Of a stretch of 64,000 bases of DNA, positions 57,459 to 64,000 are shown in pieces (positions within the stretch are counted from its first letter, which is position 1; each line of letters opens with the position of its first letter). This stretch comes from Eubacteriales bacterium (lineage in GTDB: Bacteria; Bacillota; Clostridia; Oscillospirales; JAAYOS01), in assembly GCA_050950785.1 (NCBI GenBank), contig JBMNIG010000021.1, positions 88,029 through 152,028 on the forward strand, given 5' to 3'. The position numbers and the translations under genes are program-made. The notes beneath the pieces were generated by a model, which ran no database searches, was not told the DNA's origin, and saw only the letters and a program-made list of their open reading frames with translations.

Positions 57459-59156
57459 ATGGAACAAAAAATGAAGCATCGGAGCAAGTATGTAACGGTC
57501 GGTGACCAATCAGCTCCACATCGTTCGCTTTTTTACGCGCTGGGTTATACGGAAGAGGAACTGTCCAGACCGCTGGTGGGAGTATGTTCTGCATATAGTG
57601 AAATAGTGCCCGGGCATGCCCATCTTGACAAAATAGCTCAGGCCGTAAAGTCCGGCGTTCAAATGGCAGGCGGAACGCCAATCGTGTTTCCATCAATCGG
57701 AGTCTGCGACGGAATTGCTATGGGTCACGAAGGAATGAAGTATTCTCTAGCCTCAAGGGAGCTCATTGCCGATTCCATCGAGAGCATGGTAATGGCCCAC
57801 TGCTTTGATGCACTTGTGTTGATCCCGAATTGTGACAAAATCGTTCCGGGTATGTTGATGGCCGCTGCAAGACTGAACATTCCGGCAATCGTTGTCAGCG
57901 GAGGGCCTATGCTTGCCGGTAGGGTCGACGGAAATAGCTGTAGCTTGTCCTCTCTTTTTGAGGCCGTGGGCGCCCTCAAAGCAGGCCTGATAGATGACGA
58001 AAAGCTTTCGGAAATTGAACAAAACGCCTGCCCAGGCTGTGGTTCATGCTCGGGCATGTTTACCGCAAATAGTATGAACTGCCTTAGTGAAGCGATAGGT
58101 ATGGCCCTTCCGGGCAACGGTACTATTCCCGCCGTCAGCTCCGCACGCTTGCAGTTTGCCAAAAAATCTGGAATGGCGGTCATGGAACTGCTAAGGAAGG
58201 GCATTCGTCCGCTGGATATCCTGACGGAAGCGGCTTTTGCAAATGCTCTCGCAGTCGACATGGCCCTAGGCTGTTCGTCAAATAGTGTACTGCACTTACT
58301 TGCCATTGCAAACGAATGCGGTATCGAACTGAATCTGGACATTATCAACAGCATCAGCTCAAAAACTCCAAATCTCTGCAGGCTTAGTCCGGCAGGAGAT
58401 GACCACATTGAAGATCTGTACTACGCAGGTGGAGTACAGGTGGTCATGAATGAGCTAGCATCTAAATCTTTGATCGATACAACACTTCTTACGGTGACCG
58501 GCAAAACGGTGGGCGAAAACATTTCCAAGTCCCACAATATGAATGAATCTGTAATAAGGCCCATCCACCGACCCCATAGCCCTACGGGGGGCATCGCAAT
58601 ACTCCGTGGGAACCTGGCTCCCGACGGGGCAGTAGTCAAACGCTCCGCAGTTGCGGAAGAAATGTTGGTTTCCGAAGGCACTGCAAGAGTCTTTGACGGT
58701 GAACAGCAAGCAATCGATGCCATATATGGAAACCGGATAAAACCCGGCGATATTGTTGTAATACGATATGAGGGCCCGAAAGGCGGGCCGGGCATGCGTG
58801 AAATGCTTAATCCTACTTCTGCTCTTGTCGGCATGGGACTTGATAAGAGTGTGGCCCTGATAACCGACGGCCGCTTCTCCGGTGCCACCAGAGGTGCCGC
58901 CATTGGTCATGTTTCACCCGAGGCCGCCCAAGGAGGTCCCATAGCGCTGATAGAAGAGGGCGACAGGATCAAAATCGACATTATAAAAGGGACGATAGAT
59001 ATCCTTTTGCCGGAAGAAGTCCTCATACAGCGAAAATCTGCTTGGATGATACCAAAGAAGCCACCGCTCAAGGGTTGGCTTGAGCGTTACAGCAGGCTTG
59101 TGCATTCGGCAAGCACAGGCGCAGTATTAAACATCAATAAACCAGTCAATAAATGA
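57459..59156 (+). CDS. ilvD: Dihydroxy-acid dehydratase
   Basis: 565-aa ORF with the motifs [45 protein letters not shown] and TDGRFSG. Confidence 0.95.
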   Translation: MEQKMKHRSKYVTVGDQSAPHRSLFYALGYTEEELSRPLVGVCSAYSEIVPGHAHLDKIAQAVKSGVQMAGGTPIVFPSIGVCDGIAMGHEGMKYSLASRELIADSIESMVMAHCFDALVLIPNCDKIVPGMLMAAARLNIPAIVVSGGPMLAGRVDGNSCSLSSLFEAVGALKAGLIDDEKLSEIEQNACPGCGSCSGMFTANSMNCLSEAIGMALPGNGTIPAVSSARLQFAKKSGMAVMELLRKGIRPLDILTEAAFANALAVDMALGCSSNSVLHLLAIANECGIELNLDIINSISSKTPNLCRLSPAGDDHIEDLYYAGGVQVVMNELASKSLIDTTLLTVTGKTVGENISKSHNMNESVIRPIHRPHSPTGGIAILRGNLAPDGAVVKRSAVAEEMLVSEGTARVFDGEQQAIDAIYGNRIKPGDIVVIRYEGPKGGPGMREMLNPTSALVGMGLDKSVALITDGRFSGATRGAAIGHVSPEAAQGGPIALIEEGDRIKIDIIKGTIDILLPEEVLIQRKSAWMIPKKPPLKGWLERYSRLVHSASTGAVLNINKPVNK

Positions 59157-59163
59157 GGTGCCT

Positions 59164-60675
59164 ATGAAAAATCACATTAAGATTTTTGATACTACGCTAA
59201 GAGACGGGGAGCAATCACCCGGCTGTAGCATGAACCTGCAAGAAAAACTCGAGATTGCAAAGCAGTTGGAGAAATTGAAGGTGGATGTTATTGAAGCCGG
59301 TTTTCCAATCGCTTCGCCCGGAGACCTTGAGGCGGTAATAGCTATTTCAAAGGAAATCAAAGACTCGGCGGTTTGCGGCCTTGCACGCGCCCTCCCCAAA
59401 GATATAGACGCGGCATATGAAGGCATAAAAAATGCCGTGGCACCTAGAATCCACACCTTTATCGCCACGTCTCCAGTGCATATGCAGTATAAGCTGAGAA
59501 TGACTCCCGAGCAAGTTATAGAAAATGCGGCGACAATGGTAGCCTATGCAAAAAAATATGTTTCGGACGTTGAGTTTTCGGCAGAAGACGCATGCCGCAG
59601 CGAACCGGAGTTTCTCGTAAAAGTTATTCAAGCAGCCATCGACAGCGGAGCTACGGTAATCAACATACCTGATACGGTTGGCTACATTACCCCAACCGAA
59701 ATCTATAATCTTATAACCTATATCAAGAACAATACACGCGGTATAGAAAAGGTAGAACTGTCCGTGCACTGTCACAACGATCTGGGCATGGCTGTAGCCA
59801 ACTCTCTTTCAGCGGTCAGAGCCGGAGCTACGCAAGTAGAATGCACAATAAACGGTATTGGAGAACGTGCAGGCAACGCTTCGCTTGAAGAAGTTGTGAT
59901 GGCTATAGCCACAAGAGGTACTTTCCTTAATGCAAAAACAGGCATAAATACACAGCAAATCTATAAGGCCAGTCGCCTGCTTTCGTCAATAACAGGCATA
60001 CAGATGCCACCTAATAAAGCCATTGTCGGCTCAAATGCATTTGCTCATGAGTCGGGTATCCATCAGCATGGCGTGCTAGCAGAACGCACTACTTACGAAA
60101 TCATGACTCCCGAGTCTGTCGGCATCCCAAAAAACCTCATGGTACTTGGAAAGCACTCGGGAAGGCACGCCTTCAAAACCCGCCTTCATGAACTTGGTTA
60201 TGAGCTGTCACAAGAAGAGTTAGATCAGGCCTTTAAGATGTTTAAAAATTTGGCCGACAAAAAGAAGGTCATTACAGACCGCGACATTGAAGCCATCGTT
60301 GGCGGACATTCGGTATCCGTGAAGTCCGGGTATTACCAGCTTGACAATTTTGTCATAAACAGCAGTAACACCATATCCTCTACCGCCCTCATTTCTCTTT
60401 TTGCCGGAGAAGAGAAAATCGAAAATGTGGCTCGCGGTTTCGGACCGATCGATTCCGCATTCAACGCAATAAATCTTATCGTTGGCAAAGAGTTTAAATT
60501 GGTAGACTACTCACTACGTTCCGTAACAGAGGGCAAGGACGCCCTGGGCGAGGCCATAGTGAAACTTAGGAATGGCGGAAACATCGTCACCGGCCGGGGA
60601 GTATCCACCGACATAATCGAAGCAAGCATCAAAGCATATATCAACGGGGTCAATAAGCTCCTTGCAAACGCTTAG
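59164..60675 (+). CDS. leuA: 2-isopropylmalate synthase
   Basis: ORF 59158..60675; the likely start is the ATG at 59164 behind GAGGTG. It has the motifs [28 protein letters not shown] and [10 protein letters not shown], plus a C-terminal LeuA dimerisation/regulatory domain. Confidence 0.9.
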   Translation: MKNHIKIFDTTLRDGEQSPGCSMNLQEKLEIAKQLEKLKVDVIEAGFPIASPGDLEAVIAISKEIKDSAVCGLARALPKDIDAAYEGIKNAVAPRIHTFIATSPVHMQYKLRMTPEQVIENAATMVAYAKKYVSDVEFSAEDACRSEPEFLVKVIQAAIDSGATVINIPDTVGYITPTEIYNLITYIKNNTRGIEKVELSVHCHNDLGMAVANSLSAVRAGATQVECTINGIGERAGNASLEEVVMAIATRGTFLNAKTGINTQQIYKASRLLSSITGIQMPPNKAIVGSNAFAHESGIHQHGVLAERTTYEIMTPESVGIPKNLMVLGKHSGRHAFKTRLHELGYELSQEELDQAFKMFKNLADKKKVITDRDIEAIVGGHSVSVKSGYYQLDNFVINSSNTISSTALISLFAGEEKIENVARGFGPIDSAFNAINLIVGKEFKLVDYSLRSVTEGKDALGEAIVKLRNGGNIVTGRGVSTDIIEASIKAYINGVNKLLANA

Positions 60676-60696
60676 ACTCCCGGGAAGGAGCATTTC

Positions 60697-62295
60697 ATGA
60701 CAAGAAAAGCTTATATCCTCGATTCCACACTGCGCGACGGGGCACAAGGAGAAAACATCTCTTTTTCCATCGAAGATAAAATAAACATAGTGAAGGCACT
60801 GGATAGGTTGGGCATCAGCTTTATAGAAGCAGGCAATCCCGGATCAAATCCAAAGGATATTGAATTTTTCAAGAGAATGAAAAAAGTCCAATTGGAAAAC
60901 TCGGTGCTGGTCGCCTTTGGTAGTACCCGCCGCAAAAATATGCGAGCCGATGAAGATATTGCGCTTGCTTCCCTTCTATCTACCGAAACACCCACCACCG
61001 TTATCTTTGGAAAGAGCTGGGACCTTCATGTAACCGATGTTCTCTGCACTACGTTGGATGAAAATTTGCGCATGATCGAGGATACTGTCCGTTATCTAAG
61101 GGAAAACGGTAGAGAGGTAATCTACGATGCCGAGCACTTCTTTGACGGGTACAAGGCAAATCCCGACTATGCCCTGCAAACACTAAAAGCGGCATGCAAG
61201 GGTGGCGCGAAGTGCATCGTCCTCTGCGATACAAACGGGGGCTGTTTCCCCGGTGAAATAAAGGAGATCACGGCTGTAGTTGCAAAGCTGATAGATGTGG
61301 AAATCGGTATACATTGTCACAATGACACGGGATGTGCCGTAGCAAACTCCATTGCAGCGGTTGAGTCTGGCGCAAGCCATGTTCAAGGAACTTTCTTAGG
61401 ATTCGGAGAGCGCTGCGGAAATGCCAATCTAAGCACGATCATTCCAAATCTTCAGCTAAAGCTGGGTTTTTCCTGTATTCCGGATTCAAACATATCCCAA
61501 TTGACCTCTACCGCCCGTTACGTAGCCGAGGTTTCAAATATCCCCATCGTCGGATATGAACCGTATGTGGGATATAGCGCGTTTGCTCATAAGGCGGGCA
61601 TGCATGCGGATGGAGTATCCAAGGTTTCTCATTCCTTTGAGCACATAGACCCGTCCATCGTTGGAAACGATCGACGGTTCCTTGTCTCGGAAATGGCAGG
61701 CAGAACCACACTTATTCATAAGCTCAACAATATTTGCCCCGATCTTACCAAGGATTCACCCCAAACTAAGGAAATCATTGAGATCCTTAAAAAACTCGAA
61801 TATGAGGGATATCAATTTGATGCCGCCGAAACCAGCTTTGAGCTTGTGATCCGCAGGCAGCTTAAGCAATACAAACCATTTTTTGAACTGGTACACTTCA
61901 ATATAATCGGTCAAAAGCCGGTCGTTGAAGGGTATAGCTCATCGGCAATCATAAAAATCCGGGTCGGCGACAAAGAAGAAATCACGGCAGCGGAAGGCGA
62001 CGGTCCTGTACACGCACTGGACAGCGCCCTCAGAAAAGCACTATATGTTTTCTACCCGGAGCTTCGCAAGTCCAGGCTCTCCGACTACAAGGTCCGAGTT
62101 TTGGATCCACAAGCCGCAACAGCTGCAAAGGTACGAGTCTTGATAGAGTCAACAGACAGTGAAGATGTGTGGTCCACGGTGGGAGTCTCCACGGACATCA
62201 TCGAGGCCAGTTGGATCGCTCTCGTGGATTCGATCGAATATAAACTATTGAAAGAGAGTCAAAAAACCAAAAAACTTGCTACAGGAGGTAACTGA
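60697..62295 (+). CDS. cimA: Citramalate synthase (LeuA-related, CimA type)
   Basis: 532-aa ORF with [72 protein letters not shown] and [10 protein letters not shown] match the LeuA-related (citramalate synthase) subfamily pattern, not bona fide LeuA. It is the second HMGL-like paralogue in the same operon. Confidence 0.7.
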   Translation: MTRKAYILDSTLRDGAQGENISFSIEDKINIVKALDRLGISFIEAGNPGSNPKDIEFFKRMKKVQLENSVLVAFGSTRRKNMRADEDIALASLLSTETPTTVIFGKSWDLHVTDVLCTTLDENLRMIEDTVRYLRENGREVIYDAEHFFDGYKANPDYALQTLKAACKGGAKCIVLCDTNGGCFPGEIKEITAVVAKLIDVEIGIHCHNDTGCAVANSIAAVESGASHVQGTFLGFGERCGNANLSTIIPNLQLKLGFSCIPDSNISQLTSTARYVAEVSNIPIVGYEPYVGYSAFAHKAGMHADGVSKVSHSFEHIDPSIVGNDRRFLVSEMAGRTTLIHKLNNICPDLTKDSPQTKEIIEILKKLEYEGYQFDAAETSFELVIRRQLKQYKPFFELVHFNIIGQKPVVEGYSSSAIIKIRVGDKEEITAAEGDGPVHALDSALRKALYVFYPELRKSRLSDYKVRVLDPQAATAAKVRVLIESTDSEDVWSTVGVSTDIIEASWIALVDSIEYKLLKESQKTKKLATGGN

Positions 62296-62296
62296 T

Positions 62297-63556
62297 ATGG
62301 GCATGACGATGACTCAAAAAATTCTTGCAGCACATGCCGGTCTGGAATCGGTATCTTCCGGACAACTTATTGAAGCATCAGTTGATTTGGTACTGGCAAA
62401 CGATGTCACAGCTCCGGTTGCAATTGTGGAGCTTGAAAAAGCAGGTCTGGAAACAGTATTTGACAAAGATAAAGTTGCACTGGTAATGGACCATTTCACT
62501 CCAAACAAGGACATAAAATCTGCAGAACAGTGTAAGCTTGTCCGTCAGTTTGCATACGGGAAAAATATCACACATTATTATGATGTGGGTGAGATGGGAA
62601 TCGAGCACGCTTTGCTGCCCGAGAAAGGGCTTGTGGCTCCCGGCGAGCTTATCATCGGGGCAGATTCACACACCTGTACGTACGGGGCGTTGGGGGCATT
62701 TTCCACCGGAATGGGCAGCACCGATATAGCATACGGCATAGCCACCGGACGTACATGGTTCAAAGTCCCGTCTGCCCTAAAATTTGTACTAAAGGGCAAG
62801 CCCCGGGGCTGGGTTTCGGGCAAAGATATAATCCTCCATATTATCGGCCTTATAGGTGTTGACGGAGCGCTATACAAATCAATGGAGTTTATGGGTGATG
62901 GTATTGCTCATCTCTCTATTGATGATCGCTTTACCATTGCAAACATGGCAATAGAAGCCGGTGCGAAAAATGGCATATTCCCAGTGGATGATGTCACGTT
63001 GGAATATGTCAACAGCCGTGTTGACAGGCCTTTTACCGAGTACACTGCCGACCCGGACGCAGAATACGAAGCGGTATATGAAATCGATCTTGGTACACTT
63101 GAGCCGACAGTTGCCTTCCCCCACCTCCCCGAAAATACATATGAGGTAAAGACGGCTCCCCATGTGGAAATCGATCAGGTAGTGATCGGATCCTGTACAA
63201 ATGGCAGGCTTAGCGATCTAAGGATAGCCGCACAGGTGATGAAGGGCAAGAAGGTCAAAAAAGGCTTGCGCGTTATCGTTATCCCCGCAACACAGCAGAT
63301 TTGGCTTGAAGCCATGAAAGAGGGTCTTTTCGATATATTCGTCAATGCTGGTGCGGTTGTCAGCACACCAACATGCGGTCCCTGCTTAGGAGGACATATG
63401 GGGATACTTGCTAAAGGAGAGCGCGCAGTAGCTACCACAAATCGCAACTTTGTCGGAAGAATGGGGCACCCCGAGTCCGAAGTATATTTGGCTAGTCCCG
63501 CTGTTGCTGCAGCGTCTGCAATAGCCGGTTATATAACAACTCCGGACTTACTTTAA
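62297..63556 (+). CDS. leuC: 3-isopropylmalate dehydratase large subunit
   Basis: ORF 62276..63556 trimmed to the ATG at 62297 (GGAGG 8 nt upstream). It has the aconitase-family motifs [20 protein letters not shown] and [10 protein letters not shown]. Confidence 0.95.
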   Translation: MGMTMTQKILAAHAGLESVSSGQLIEASVDLVLANDVTAPVAIVELEKAGLETVFDKDKVALVMDHFTPNKDIKSAEQCKLVRQFAYGKNITHYYDVGEMGIEHALLPEKGLVAPGELIIGADSHTCTYGALGAFSTGMGSTDIAYGIATGRTWFKVPSALKFVLKGKPRGWVSGKDIILHIIGLIGVDGALYKSMEFMGDGIAHLSIDDRFTIANMAIEAGAKNGIFPVDDVTLEYVNSRVDRPFTEYTADPDAEYEAVYEIDLGTLEPTVAFPHLPENTYEVKTAPHVEIDQVVIGSCTNGRLSDLRIAAQVMKGKKVKKGLRVIVIPATQQIWLEAMKEGLFDIFVNAGAVVSTPTCGPCLGGHMGILAKGERAVATTNRNFVGRMGHPESEVYLASPAVAAASAIAGYITTPDLL

Positions 63557-63615
63557 TACTTATCGATCTCGTATTAGCAAATCAGTATTTTATTGTATTC
63601 AAACTGGAGGGCGCT

Positions 63616-64000
63616 ATGATAGTTACAGGTAAGGTTTTTAAGTACGGCGACAACATTGATACCGATGTGATCATCCCGGCACGATATCTAAACACAACAG
63701 AACATGCTGAACTGGCGTCCCATTGTATGGAGGACATTGACAAGGAGTTCACAAAAAATGTCGTAGCAGGGGATATCATGGTAGGCGGTAGAAACTTTGG
63801 GTGCGGTTCATCACGGGAGCATGCCCCCATTGCCATAAAGGCAAGTGGTATTTCCTGTGTGATCGCAAAGAGTTTTGCCCGTATTTTTTATCGCAATGCC
63901 CTTAATACCGGGCTTGCAATACTTGAGTGTGAAGAAGCGGCAGAAAAAATCGAAAGCGGCGACCGGGTTGAAATCAACTTCAACTCCGGAATGATCAAAA
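63616..64000 (+). CDS. leuD: 3-isopropylmalate dehydratase small subunit; 3' end runs off the window
   Basis: The frame is open from the ATG at 63616 (GGAGG upstream) to the window end. [43 protein letters not shown] is the LeuD signature. Confidence 0.9.
   Translation, partial: MIVTGKVFKYGDNIDTDVIIPARYLNTTEHAELASHCMEDIDKEFTKNVVAGDIMVGGRNFGCGSSREHAPIAIKASGISCVIAKSFARIFYRNALNTGLAILECEEAAEKIESGDRVEINFNSGMIK

Noticed and set aside
56893-58408. Long antisense ORFs inside ilvC and ilvD (56893..57696, 57725..58408, 58421..58903)
   Set aside because: They lie entirely antisense to strongly conserved genes and have low-complexity Ser/Ala/Pro/Arg-rich translations. These are typical shadow ORFs.
1-64000. 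CRISPR arrays, rRNA or tRNA genes, prophage or defence islands
   Set aside because: I saw no regularly spaced direct repeats. I saw no tRNA T-arm/acceptor patterns in the larger intergenic gaps and no rRNA-like conserved blocks. No recognisable defence genes are present; the SWIM/SNF2 helicase stands alone. A visual scan cannot fully exclude small RNAs.

Overview
64-kb chromosomal segment from a spore-forming Firmicute with an S-layer. The Clostridia-type content includes sigH, pro-sigK, a GerM-like lipoprotein, SLH-domain proteins, RqcH, TsaB/TsaE and a SEDS RodA/FtsW. All calls come from hand translation and motif recognition; no searches were run. Left to right: (1) a holin-like ORF cut by the window edge, small membrane and zinc-ribbon proteins, and an archaeal-type phosphoglycerate mutase. 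(2) A plant-polysaccharide block: GH43, a sugar-phosphate isomerase/epimerase, an esterase and a 1144-aa GH78 rhamnosidase. (3) metY placed directly behind a response regulator / histidine kinase / GerM-like operon. (4) Housekeeping genes: comEA-like, a D-Ala-D-Ala carboxypeptidase, upp, tsaB, tsaE. (5) One IS30-family element with a 15-bp direct target duplication; its transposase is split at an A7 run. (6) rodA, SLH proteins, rqcH, nif3, trmK, sigH, trxA, a DivIVA-like coiled-coil protein, an MFS transporter, a SWIM/SNF2 helicase and an uninterrupted sigK. (7) About 240 nt of densely helical non-coding sequence upstream of sigK. (8) A contiguous four-gene block (LacI-type regulator, GAF/fRMsr-like gene, xylA, xylB) with at least 17 single-nucleotide indels, while flanking genes are intact. 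(9) GH3, a 4Fe-4S protein, a Crp/Fnr regulator and an ABC transporter with two paralogous permeases. (10) An ilvB-ilvN-ilvC-ilvD-leuA-cimA-leuC-leuD operon behind a T-box leader. That leader has two tandem Stem I modules (Ile AUC and Leu CUC specifiers) but only one antiterminator/terminator, and it is the most unusual feature I can support. I recognised no rRNA, tRNA or CRISPR array.
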